Positions 7,832-15,881 of a stretch of 32,000 bases of DNA are shown here, one piece after another. This stretch comes from Opitutales bacterium (GTDB lineage: Bacteria > Verrucomicrobiota > Verrucomicrobiia > Opitutales > Coraliomargaritaceae): NCBI GenBank assembly GCA_049606355.1, contig JBMYVL010000002.1:60001-92000 (forward strand), read 5' to 3'. The stretch's first letter is position 1. Every line of letters begins with the position of its first letter. The notes below the pieces were generated by a model. It saw only the letters and a list, made by a program, of their open reading frames with translations, made no database searches and was not told the origin of the DNA. The translations under genes and the position numbers were made by a program.

Positions 7832-8512
7832 GTGAACTCACTCGCAACACTCTCGCATCTACGCGCCCAACTCAGTGCTCTTGCGCCGTTGGGTAGTTTT
7901 ACGGAAGCGGAATGGGGGGCTGTGGATGCGCCTTTTGTGTATTCACAGGAGGAAGCGCAGTTGTGCAACGCATCGCCTGGGCGTCGCGGAGAATTTATTG
8001 CTGGACGCGCGAGTTTGCGCCGAGCCCTCACAAAAGCAGGGTTTATACCTGGCGCGCTTGTGTCAGACGGGGAAGGCCTGCCCGTCTTGCCTCAGGGAGC
8101 GGTCGCTTCAATTTCCCATTCACGTGGCTTGTGCTGTGCCGTTGCTGGGAAAAGTACGAGCTTCGCTGGTCTCGCTATCGACATCGAGAGGACCGACCGC
8201 TTGAGAGCGCCTGCTGCCAAACGAGTCATGCATCCACTGGAGCGTAACTGGGCGAGTGATGATCCGGTTCGTTGGAGCCTTTTGTTTTCCCTTAAAGAGG
8301 CCTTTTATAAGATGCAATTTCCGCGGTGGAAGGTCTGTGCTAATTTTCAAGATCTAGCACTCGAGGTTGATCTAGCAGGTGGGCGGGCACAGGCCCTCCA
8401 GCTGGCGCCTATTTTTGATGAGGCCTTACGTCAGCGATCCGATCAAATCTGCTTTAGTTTTGCTTTGTTTGGATCCTATGTGGCTAGCTTGTGTTGGTTG
8501 CCTGCCGACTAA
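7832..8512 (+). CDS. 4'-phosphopantetheinyl transferase, EntD/Sfp type
   Basis: Motifs are FIAGRASLRRAL, SISHSRGLCCAV, GLAIDIERTDRL and LFSLKEAFYK (GxD-IE and the K of the W/FxxKE-S/A-xxK motif). The ORF track starts at TTG 7748. The in-frame GTG at 7832 gives a 226-aa protein. The start is uncertain. Confidence 0.72.
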   Translation: MNSLATLSHLRAQLSALAPLGSFTEAEWGAVDAPFVYSQEEAQLCNASPGRRGEFIAGRASLRRALTKAGFIPGALVSDGEGLPVLPQGAVASISHSRGLCCAVAGKSTSFAGLAIDIERTDRLRAPAAKRVMHPLERNWASDDPVRWSLLFSLKEAFYKMQFPRWKVCANFQDLALEVDLAGGRAQALQLAPIFDEALRQRSDQICFSFALFGSYVASLCWLPAD

Positions 8513-8835
8513 TCCGCTGCTTGCTTCCAGTTGCGTTCGAGTAGGGCGGTAAGAGCGCCCTTTGCTAAGTCGCTCCACAGTTGCAATGCCTCCTCGCGGG
8601 TTATGCCGTCCATGAAGCGAGGAGCCATGTCCGCTTCATCTAGGTTTTCCATTGTTGCGATTCCGCTGGGAAACAAAGAGATCGACCACCCGCTTGGATT
8701 GTGGACGAGTGTGATGTCGGGGTGCTCGGTCGTCTCAATTTCGGGGTGGTCGAGACGGGCGATCAAGGAGCGCATTTGATCCATGCTCGGATTGATTTCA
8801 GTCACCCCGGCATTATCTGTAGTGTGATACAGCAC
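8509..8835 (-). CDS. hypothetical acidic protein (~108 aa), translationally coupled to argA
   Basis: The ORF track gives 8509-8940, which would overlap argA by 106 nt. The in-frame GTG at 8833-8835 overlaps the argA TAG stop as TAGTG, giving VLYHTTDNAG...NWKQAAD. I recognise no family. The start is inferred. Confidence 0.5.
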   Translation of the reverse strand: MLYHTTDNAGVTEINPSMDQMRSLIARLDHPEIETTEHPDITLVHNPSGWSISLFPSGIATMENLDEADMAPRFMDGITREEALQLWSDLAKGALTALLERNWKQAAD

Positions 8836-10148
8836 TACCTCAAGTTGTAGAGGAATACCTTGGAATTTCGCCCGTTGGCGCGAGATTCTTGTTGGCGAGG
8901 CAACGGCAGATCTTCGATGCGACCCTCTGAGAATGCGCACACATGCTGAAAGAAGTCGGAAGCTTGGGTCGTTAGGGCAAAGACTCGTTCTGCGTTATTA
9001 TCCTGCGCTTGCTGGACTGCATACTTCACGAGGCGTTTGCCGACACCTTTGCCTTGGTAGAAAGGCTGTACGTAGACACTACCAATTTCAATGATGGCTT
9101 CGTCGTTGTAATGGCGCAGATGAATGCAGCCGACGATGCTACCATCAATTTCGTAGACTAAGTAATTTGAGATCTCCTTATCAATAGTTGCCTGAGAGCG
9201 ATCACATAAGGATTCGGCCCGCACGGCATTGCGTGTTATGTTGTAGATCGAATATGCATCTGCTTTGACCGCAGGTCGGATCGACTGATATTCGTTGCTG
9301 TATACCATCGTGCCGATGCCGACTTTGTCGAATACCTCATTGAGTAAGGCACCAAAAAGGCGTCCATCTAAGATGTGGGCTCGAGGCGTGCCCGCATGAA
9401 TGGCATGGACGGCATGCTTCGCTTTGCTGAGGAGGCGATCTGGTATCGAGCCACCTTCATTCGCAAGGCACTCTTCAAGTTCAGCGACAGGCAGGTTTTT
9501 GATGGCTTGGTCCGAAATGGTGAGGCCCGTTTCAGTCGTCATGAAAATCAGCTTGGAGGCCTGCAACTTGCAGGCGAGCTCTGCAGCCAACAAATCTGAG
9601 TTGATGCGCAGCGGGTGGCCAGTGCGGTCAAAGGCAATGGGCGAGACGATCGGAATCGTATGCCCATCCAGCAGGCGCGTAAAAAGCGTCGTGTCTAATT
9701 TGTCGACATTACCGCCAAACAGCTGATCGACTCCCTTAACTATGCCGATTGCTTTGGCGCGGACGCCGTTACAAGACGCGCAACGTAGGCCATTGCGCGT
9801 GAGCCCTTGTGAGATCTTCAGGCTTACCGATCCAGCGGCTTCAGTTGCGAGCGCTAGGGTCTGACGATCTGTAGGTCCTTCACCATGTCGATTTGCAATC
9901 GGAAGATTCCGATCCTGGGACAAGTGCAGCAGTTGCTGGCCGATGCCATGTACCAAGACAACTTTGATGTTTAGTGAACGTAATACGGCAATATCGAGTA
10001 GTACATTTTGGAAATTTTCATGTGCGACGAGACTGCCATCGAGGGCAATGACAAAGACCTGTTCGCGGAACATCGGCACATACTTTAAGATTCCGCGCAG
10101 GTCGGTCGGCTTAATTAAACCTTCATCAATTGTACTTTGGGTGGACAT
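8835..10148 (-). CDS. argA: amino-acid N-acetyltransferase (N-acetylglutamate synthase; amino-acid-kinase domain plus GNAT)
   Basis: 437 aa. The N-terminal AAK fold is FVIALDGSLV...VVLVHGIGQQL. The C-terminal GNAT is IIEIGSVYVQPFYQGKGVGKRLV (Q/RxxGxG/A). Confidence 0.85.
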   Translation of the reverse strand: MSTQSTIDEGLIKPTDLRGILKYVPMFREQVFVIALDGSLVAHENFQNVLLDIAVLRSLNIKVVLVHGIGQQLLHLSQDRNLPIANRHGEGPTDRQTLALATEAAGSVSLKISQGLTRNGLRCASCNGVRAKAIGIVKGVDQLFGGNVDKLDTTLFTRLLDGHTIPIVSPIAFDRTGHPLRINSDLLAAELACKLQASKLIFMTTETGLTISDQAIKNLPVAELEECLANEGGSIPDRLLSKAKHAVHAIHAGTPRAHILDGRLFGALLNEVFDKVGIGTMVYSNEYQSIRPAVKADAYSIYNITRNAVRAESLCDRSQATIDKEISNYLVYEIDGSIVGCIHLRHYNDEAIIEIGSVYVQPFYQGKGVGKRLVKYAVQQAQDNNAERVFALTTQASDFFQHVCAFSEGRIEDLPLPRQQESRANGRNSKVFLYNLR

Positions 10149-10233
10149 ATACGAGATTCAAATTTTTCGGTACTTTGCGACATCGCTTGTGGCTTGCAAG
10201 GCACTTGTTTCCAGCATCATTTATAATCTAACA

Positions 10234-11166
10234 ATGCAGACTGACCCGATTGCAAGCCTACCCGAGGCTTTAAAGCGGCCAATAGAGAGCTTTCTGGCAT
10301 GGCTCCAGTTGGAGCGTGGCTTAGCGGCTAATACACTGGATTCGTACACCCGAGATTTAGCACAATGCGCTGAGTTTTTACAAGGCCGTGGCTTGTCCGA
10401 CTGGAAGAGTGTTAACCGTGGTTCGTTGACGGCTTGGGTGGAGTATTTGGGGGAGGCTGGCTATGCTCGTAGCAGTCAGTCTCGGAAATTGTCAGCCCTG
10501 CGAATGTTTGCTCAGTTCTTGGTACGAGAAAAGATTCGCAAGGAGGATGTTTCTGAGCTGCTCAGCGGGCCTAAGTTGACTCGAAAGCTTCCTGCGACCT
10601 TATCGCGTGAAGAGGTGGAACGACTACTGCATGCGCCATCGACAGCCACGCCACATGGTTTGAGAGATCGAGCGATCCTCGAGCTATTTTACAGTACTGG
10701 TTTACGTGTGACGGAACTCTGCCATATGGAGATTCAAAACTTGAATTTAGAGGAAGGTTTTGTGCGCGTTATTGGCAAGGGTGCCAAGGAGCGGATCGCG
10801 CCGGTTGGAAGTGCCGCCATCGGCGCGGTGCGCGATTATCTCGCCTCGGGCAGACCTGCTTTTGTAAAAGGGCACACCGGCAGTGAGCTTTTTCTTAGTC
10901 AGCGCGGGCGGGCAATCTCTCGTAAAATGGTTTGGGTCATGATTAAGCAACAGGCGCTCAAGGCGGGGATCAGCAAGCCGATCAAGCCGCACCTATTGCG
11001 GCATTCATTTGCCACTCATTTGCTGGATGGGGGTGCCGATTTAAGAGCTATTCAGGAAATGCTAGGGCATGCGGATATTTCGACGACGCAAATTTATACG
11101 GCGGTACAGGCGAATCGTCTTGCCGATGAGCACGCCTTATTCCATCCACGCAGTCAGAGCCGTTGA
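10234..11166 (+). CDS. xerD: site-specific tyrosine recombinase XerD (XerC/XerD family)
   Basis: Starting from the internal ATG (M98 of the ORF-track ORF), the protein reads MQTDPIASLPEA...FLAWLQLERGLAANTLDSYTRDL, GLRDRAILELFYSTGLRVTEL, GKGAKERIAPVG, HLLRHSFATHLLDGGADLRAIQEMLGHADISTTQIYT. The R-K-H-R-H-Y catalytic pattern is present. The upstream 97 codons overlap argA on the opposite strand. Confidence 0.85.
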   Translation: MQTDPIASLPEALKRPIESFLAWLQLERGLAANTLDSYTRDLAQCAEFLQGRGLSDWKSVNRGSLTAWVEYLGEAGYARSSQSRKLSALRMFAQFLVREKIRKEDVSELLSGPKLTRKLPATLSREEVERLLHAPSTATPHGLRDRAILELFYSTGLRVTELCHMEIQNLNLEEGFVRVIGKGAKERIAPVGSAAIGAVRDYLASGRPAFVKGHTGSELFLSQRGRAISRKMVWVMIKQQALKAGISKPIKPHLLRHSFATHLLDGGADLRAIQEMLGHADISTTQIYTAVQANRLADEHALFHPRSQSR

Positions 11167-11196
11167 GTACCTTTAGTGCTTCGGGCTAGCTGAGAA

Positions 11197-11547
11197 ATGA
11201 AAATTTACACCTATAAAAATTGTTCCACTTGTAAGAAGGCGACTCAGTGGTTGCGCAGTAAGGGTTGCGAATTTGATGAGGTTCCGATTCGTGATACACC
11301 CCCCAGCATTAAAGAGCTTGAGGCGATGCTGGTGCATTTGGGCGGGGAGCTACGCTTACTTTTTAATACTTCGGGCCGTGACTATCGCGCTCTGGACATG
11401 AAGAACCAGCTGCCCGCAATGAGCCAATCGGAAGCCCTGAACTTGCTTTCTCAAAATGGTAATTTGGTGAAGCGTCCTTTTCTTTTAGGCGAACAAATTG
11501 GCTTAGTCGGATTTAAGGAGTGCATTTGGGCCCAGGCTTTAAAGTAA
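11197..11547 (+). CDS. ArsC/Spx-family protein (YffB-like thioredoxin-fold reductase)
   Basis: 116 aa. It has MKIYTYKNCSTCKKATQWL (CxxC-type N-terminus), NTSGRDYR and LVKRPFLL. Confidence 0.85.
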   Translation: MKIYTYKNCSTCKKATQWLRSKGCEFDEVPIRDTPPSIKELEAMLVHLGGELRLLFNTSGRDYRALDMKNQLPAMSQSEALNLLSQNGNLVKRPFLLGEQIGLVGFKECIWAQALK

Positions 11548-11565
11548 TTTGACCCAACGAGTAGT

Positions 11566-12234
11566 ATGAGTGCGATTGAAGATTTGTTAGCCACTGTGGC
11601 AGCCTTGCGGGAGCCAAGTACGGGTTGCCCCTGGGACATCGAGCAAACACACCAGTCGATCACGGATTGCCTCATTGATGAGTGTTGCGAGCTGCTGCAG
11701 ACAATCGATCGCAATGATATGCATCATATGGAGGAGGAGCTGGGTGACGTGCTGTTACAAGTGGTCATGCATGCGCAAATGGCGGATGAGTCTGGGCATT
11801 TTAATTTCGAAAGCGTGTGTCGCGAGGTGAATGAAAAACTTATCCGTCGGCACCCACATGTGTTTGGCGAGAACGCCTTGGGTGATTCCGATGCGGTCCT
11901 CAAGCAATGGGATGAGATCAAAGCGGCGGAATCGAAACGAGGGCCCCAGCAGCAGGGGCGCTTTAAGGATCTCCCGAATCAATTGCCGGCCTTGATGTAT
12001 GCGCAAGATGTTTACAAGCAAATCCAGAAAGAGCAGATGGATGCTGCGGGAGTCGTTGATGAGGGCGCTGTATCCATGACCGCGGCGGCTTTGGCTGCGG
12101 ATGAGATTGCCCTCGGGAAACAACTTTTTGAAATCGCAGCGGCTTGTCGCAGCAAAAAGCTTGATCCGGAGGCAGCCTTACGTCGTTACGCTCAAAATGT
12201 GGTGGATCAACTGGAGCGCACCGTACCAAAGTGA
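11566..12234 (+). CDS. mazG: nucleoside triphosphate pyrophosphohydrolase MazG
   Basis: It has GCPWDIEQTHQSI, EECCELLQ.., EELGDVLLQVV and KLIRRHPHVFG (MazG EExxE/D motifs). Confidence 0.85.
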   Translation: MSAIEDLLATVAALREPSTGCPWDIEQTHQSITDCLIDECCELLQTIDRNDMHHMEEELGDVLLQVVMHAQMADESGHFNFESVCREVNEKLIRRHPHVFGENALGDSDAVLKQWDEIKAAESKRGPQQQGRFKDLPNQLPALMYAQDVYKQIQKEQMDAAGVVDEGAVSMTAAALAADEIALGKQLFEIAAACRSKKLDPEAALRRYAQNVVDQLERTVPK

Positions 12235-12258
12235 TCTTAGGGTAATGTAACGAGCTCA

Positions 12259-12969
12259 ATGGATTTTATACGACGGAATGGGCATGTAATACCCATTGTC
12301 TTACGACGTCGTAAGGGAACACGCCACCTTCGTTTGACCTTAGGGCAGCGCAATCAATTACTCGTTTCAGTGCCTTGGCATTGCTCCAAGGCGGTCGCCT
12401 TAAAATTTGTTGAAGCGCAGCGTGATTGGTTGGAAGCATCGCTGGAATCATTACCTCCGGCGAAAACTTTACTGCAATGGTTGGCTGAGCACCCACGAGT
12501 GAGCGCAAGTGGCGACTGGTTTTGTGTGCGCATTGAGGAGAGTCCATGCAAGCGCGCGAATTATACTTTTACTAATAATGGAGCGGATTTGGTGCTACGC
12601 TTGCCAGACCCCAATCGTGAGACCGCGATGATCGATTTAATCCGTCGTTTTGCGAACGATGTTTTGTTGTGCCGAGTGGCGTATCACTGTCAGCGTTTAA
12701 ACTTGTCGCGACCAGTCGTTACGGTTCGAGACCAGTCAAGCCGTTGGGGTTCCTGCTCAAGCCGAGGTGTGGTCTCTTTGAATTGGCGTTTGCTACTCCT
12801 GGAGCCCCGGCTGCAGGATTATGTTATTCTGCATGAGCTGGCTCATTTGACGGAGATGAATCATTCGAAGCGTTTTTGGGCATTACTCACACACTATGAC
12901 CCACAACGCTTCGAGCATGAGTCTGCGCTGGATCTTGTGGCGACAACGATCATGCGGGTCGGACGTTAG
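12259..12969 (+). CDS. YgjP-like metal-dependent hydrolase (DUF45 / M48-like, HExxH)
   Basis: 236 aa. It has RWGSCSSRGVVSLNWRLLL and YVILHELAHLTEMNHSKRFW (HELAH zincin motif). Confidence 0.8.
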   Translation: MDFIRRNGHVIPIVLRRRKGTRHLRLTLGQRNQLLVSVPWHCSKAVALKFVEAQRDWLEASLESLPPAKTLLQWLAEHPRVSASGDWFCVRIEESPCKRANYTFTNNGADLVLRLPDPNRETAMIDLIRRFANDVLLCRVAYHCQRLNLSRPVVTVRDQSSRWGSCSSRGVVSLNWRLLLLEPRLQDYVILHELAHLTEMNHSKRFWALLTHYDPQRFEHESALDLVATTIMRVGR

Positions 12970-13430
12970 TCTTTCTTAGGCTTAAATCGTACACCGATCA
13001 TATTGTAATCCACTCGAATGTCGGCTTGTCCTTCGAATCCCTTAGCTGGGTTGAGCATGCGCCCATCGATGGAGACTTTAAATTGTACGCTTTGGTAGTC
13101 AGGTGCGCTCAGGCGCGCAATGTAGTCGGCGCTGGGTAGATCACTTGTTTCGATGGGCACTAAATTTCGACCAATTTTAAGCCCATCCATTTGATATACG
13201 GATTCTCCGTCAGTAGTGATAAATTCAATACGAGCGCCTGGACCTCCTTGACTGTAGCGTGTGAATTCAATGCTGCGCTCATCGGCATAGCGAATCCCCA
13301 CATGTAAAATGCCAGGACTCTTCTCCGTCGCCTTAGGCCCGAGTATAATAAAGAGTGCACCGACGAAGCCAGTGAGAAGTAGCAATGTAGCAACAACGCG
13401 GTTGCCCTTGAGTTCGTAGGCGTTTGACAT
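12966..13430 (-). CDS. hypothetical membrane-anchored protein (one N-terminal TM helix, beta-rich ectodomain)
   Basis: 154 aa with ATG start. The TM segment is VVATLLLLTGFVGALFIILG. I recognise no family. Its stop overlaps the ygjP-like stop (TTAG), and its start is about 27 nt from the ATPase ATG. Confidence 0.6.
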   Translation of the reverse strand: MSNAYELKGNRVVATLLLLTGFVGALFIILGPKATEKSPGILHVGIRYADERSIEFTRYSQGGPGARIEFITTDGESVYQMDGLKIGRNLVPIETSDLPSADYIARLSAPDYQSVQFKVSIDGRMLNPAKGFEGQADIRVDYNMIGVRFKPKKD

Positions 13431-13457
13431 GAGTTGCGTACTATTAGCAAAAAAGTG

Positions 13458-15419
13458 ATGATGCCAACTGCAGAAGCAAAATTAACCGACGGTCCCGTTG
13501 TTTGCTCGACGGAAACGTCGGGTTGTGAGGCTACGGATATCCGTTTGTCTCGAGCTTGGTTGCGTATTGCGATTGCCGCTGTTTTCGCAGGGCAGGGGAT
13601 GGTATTTTCATTAGCGATTAATATGACGCCTCCTGAATTTGCTTCGGTAGCTTATTGCTGGCTGCATGGTGGGCTCATCGTTTCATCGTTGATTGTTTTG
13701 TGCTTCCTTGGTGGACCTTTGTTTGCCTCGACTTTCGGTATGGTGCGCGCGCGGCAACTTTCGATCGAGGGGCTCTTTACCTTAAGCTTATTGGGTGCCT
13801 TTGCCGGTTCGTTGCTGAGCACTTTTACCGGCCATGGAGCAGTTTTTTATGAGATCGTTTCGATCGTCGTGGCCATTTATACAATCGGTCGCCTCTTGAG
13901 CGAACGAAGCCAAGAGCAGTTGCGCCACGAGTGCAGTAAGGTTCGAGAGGACTTTGGTAGTGCACTCCTGCGTACGGCTGATGGCTGGCAGAATGTTTCG
14001 GTGCGGTCTGTAGCGAGCGGTGCGATTGTTCGTGTCGATCCAGGAATGCCTATCGCGGTCGATGGCATCGTTCAATCGGGAAGCGGCTATGTGCGAGAAA
14101 CAGCGCTCACTGGCGAACCATTACCGGTTGTGCGGCATCCAGGTGATCGAGTATGTGCGGGCACTTGGTCCGTCGATGGTGCCTTTGAAATAAAAGTCCA
14201 ATCGGGTGCAGGTGCCCGAGATCTGGACAAAATACTACGTACGATTGAAGATCCTGCAGGAAAACCTTCGGATCTGCAACTGCAGGCAAATCGCTTGATT
14301 CAATACTTTTTGCCACTGGTTGCGGGCGTTAGTTTGTTGACCGCTGGGTATTGGCTGTGGGCAGAAACATGGGTAGAGGCCATGTTTAATAGTATGGCGG
14401 TTTTATTGGTCGCATGTCCCTGTGCACTCGGATTGGCGACGCCGGTTGCTATCTGGCAAGGGTTGTTGCGCTTGGCTCGCATGGGGATTGTCAGTCGAGA
14501 CGGTGCCCTTATCGATGCCCTGGCTAGGACCCGGCGAGTCTACTTCGACAAAACAGGCACCCTGAGTGAGGCATCGATGCGCATCGCCGAGTTGCTTGTC
14601 GTCGAGAGCTGGCAAGATCGGCGTGCCGCGCTTCTATCGATCGTGTACGCAATCGAGTCGAAGCTGTCGCATCCAATTGCTCGAGCAATTGTAGACCATT
14701 TGCAGGTGGATCATTCGCCGGAAGTGTCTCAACTGAAGATAATTCCGGGGAAGGGCGCCAGCGCTTTGGTGGAGGGGTTTAATGTAGAGATTGGCGAAGC
14801 GAGTTTACAGCCGACACAATCACTGCAAAGAGTCTGTGAGTCATTGAAAGAGCGAGGCGGTAAGCGTACCTTTGTTTTTATAGACGGGCACGTGGCCGCT
14901 GTTTTTGTTTTACGGGAGCGACTCCGTGAAGGGGTGCCGGGCTTACGGGAGAGCTTCAGAAAACTAAATATTGAAGTCGAAGTTCTCTCGGGAGACCCAG
15001 AGCCGGACATTCAAGTGCCGTTTCGGCTGCGTGCAGGTCTGTCCGCAACGCAAAAGGCTGCGATTCTTGCTGATGCCAACGATCAAGGATTCAACCCAGT
15101 GTTAGTTGGTGATGGAATCAATGACGCCGCGGCTATGGCGGGAGCCGCGGCATCAATTGCTATGGGCAGCGGCGCTCGGCTGACTCGCTCTGTTGCGAGT
15201 GGACAACTGATTCATGATCGTATCGATGTACTCCCCACCGCCATCCGTTCGGCGCGTTTGTTGATGCGCCGTTTGCGCGTAAATTTGTATTACGCGGCCG
15301 CCTACAATACGCTGGGTATGTGTTTGGCCGCTGCTGGGCACCTGCATCCGATAGCGGCTGCCCTAATTATGCTGCTATCGAGTTTTTGGGTTACGACTCG
15401 TGCCGTTCGTGCAGATTGA
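13458..15419 (+). CDS. Cu(I)-translocating P1B-type ATPase without an N-terminal HMA domain (CcoI/CopA2-like)
   Basis: It has the CPC motif (LLVACPCALGLATP), DKTGTLS, VGDGINDAAAMA, TM7 YN (AAAYNTLG) and TM8 MLLSS. These are the P1B-1 Cu(I) signatures. The ORF-track start is TTG 13434. The ATG-ATG at 13458 is preferred. Confidence 0.85.
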   Translation: MMPTAEAKLTDGPVVCSTETSGCEATDIRLSRAWLRIAIAAVFAGQGMVFSLAINMTPPEFASVAYCWLHGGLIVSSLIVLCFLGGPLFASTFGMVRARQLSIEGLFTLSLLGAFAGSLLSTFTGHGAVFYEIVSIVVAIYTIGRLLSERSQEQLRHECSKVREDFGSALLRTADGWQNVSVRSVASGAIVRVDPGMPIAVDGIVQSGSGYVRETALTGEPLPVVRHPGDRVCAGTWSVDGAFEIKVQSGAGARDLDKILRTIEDPAGKPSDLQLQANRLIQYFLPLVAGVSLLTAGYWLWAETWVEAMFNSMAVLLVACPCALGLATPVAIWQGLLRLARMGIVSRDGALIDALARTRRVYFDKTGTLSEASMRIAELLVVESWQDRRAALLSIVYAIESKLSHPIARAIVDHLQVDHSPEVSQLKIIPGKGASALVEGFNVEIGEASLQPTQSLQRVCESLKERGGKRTFVFIDGHVAAVFVLRERLREGVPGLRESFRKLNIEVEVLSGDPEPDIQVPFRLRAGLSATQKAAILADANDQGFNPVLVGDGINDAAAMAGAAASIAMGSGARLTRSVASGQLIHDRIDVLPTAIRSARLLMRRLRVNLYYAAAYNTLGMCLAAAGHLHPIAAALIMLLSSFWVTTRAVRAD

Positions 15420-15677
15420 GCTCATAAAACTTTTTAATGGAGTGTATCGGCATTGCTAATTGATGGGTTGTTCACTCAACAAGACATTGCATCAATAGAA
15501 TCGCGAAGCCTATCGTCGACGCCGAACACATCTTGGGGTTGTCGCGTTGTGCTACCGGTGCTGCGTTGTCCCTCATCCTTTTGGCAGTCGGCTCTTACGT
15601 GAATTCAGCTACGAACTTTCCGTAAAAAACGGTTGCCATGTTTTTTAGCGATACATTTAACAACCGCATTCAATCTG

Positions 15678-15881
15678 ATGGACCGCACGACCCACACGTC
15701 CCGCAAGGGCTTCCTGAAGCGAGCAGCTATGGCTGTCGCGAGCACGTTAGCGCTTAGTAAAACCATGCAGGCATCGACCTCAGCGGGCATACCGTCGGCC
15801 GCCGCTGATAAGGAGGCGCAAGGAACTCACGTGCGCGTGCAACCTGCGAAAGGTGCAGTGGCACGAACGCCACTGGGTTGA
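15678..15881 (+). CDS. small protein (67 aa) consisting essentially of a Tat-like signal peptide plus a short tail
   Basis: Starting from the internal ATG it reads MDRTTHTSRKGFLKRAAMAVASTLALSKTMQA.... S-R-K-G-F-L-K fits the Tat consensus S/T-R-R-x-F-L-K with RK in place of RR, followed by an h-region and an AxA-like site. It lies 44 nt upstream of actA. Coding status is unproven. Confidence 0.35.
   Translation: MDRTTHTSRKGFLKRAAMAVASTLALSKTMQASTSAGIPSAAADKEAQGTHVRVQPAKGAVARTPLG

Noticed and set aside
8836-8940. Long form of the 143-aa ORF overlapping argA by 106 nt.
   Set aside because: The overlapped part is Arg/Ser-rich with no features. A GTG coupled to the argA stop gives a compact alternative. 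The start remains unverified.
9943-10233. N-terminal 97-codon extension of the xerD ORF.
   Set aside because: It overlaps the argA 5' end on the opposite strand and has no recombinase similarity. The canonical XerD N-terminus begins at the internal ATG (10234).
10234-11166. The tyrosine recombinase as a marker of an integrated mobile element, with tRNA-Val at 590-666 as an attachment site.
   Set aside because: The sequence has XerC/XerD-type motifs and housekeeping neighbours. It lies 9.5 kb from the tRNA, and I noticed no flanking direct repeats or phage or transposon genes.
15419-15632. Possible short hydrophobic peptide (…LGLSRCATGAALSLILLAVGSYVNSATNFP*) between the ATPase and the Tat-like mini-ORF, considered as a CcoQ-like subunit.
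   Set aside because: It has no ATG or GTG start in a sensible position and no supporting motif. It cannot be separated from a chance ORF.
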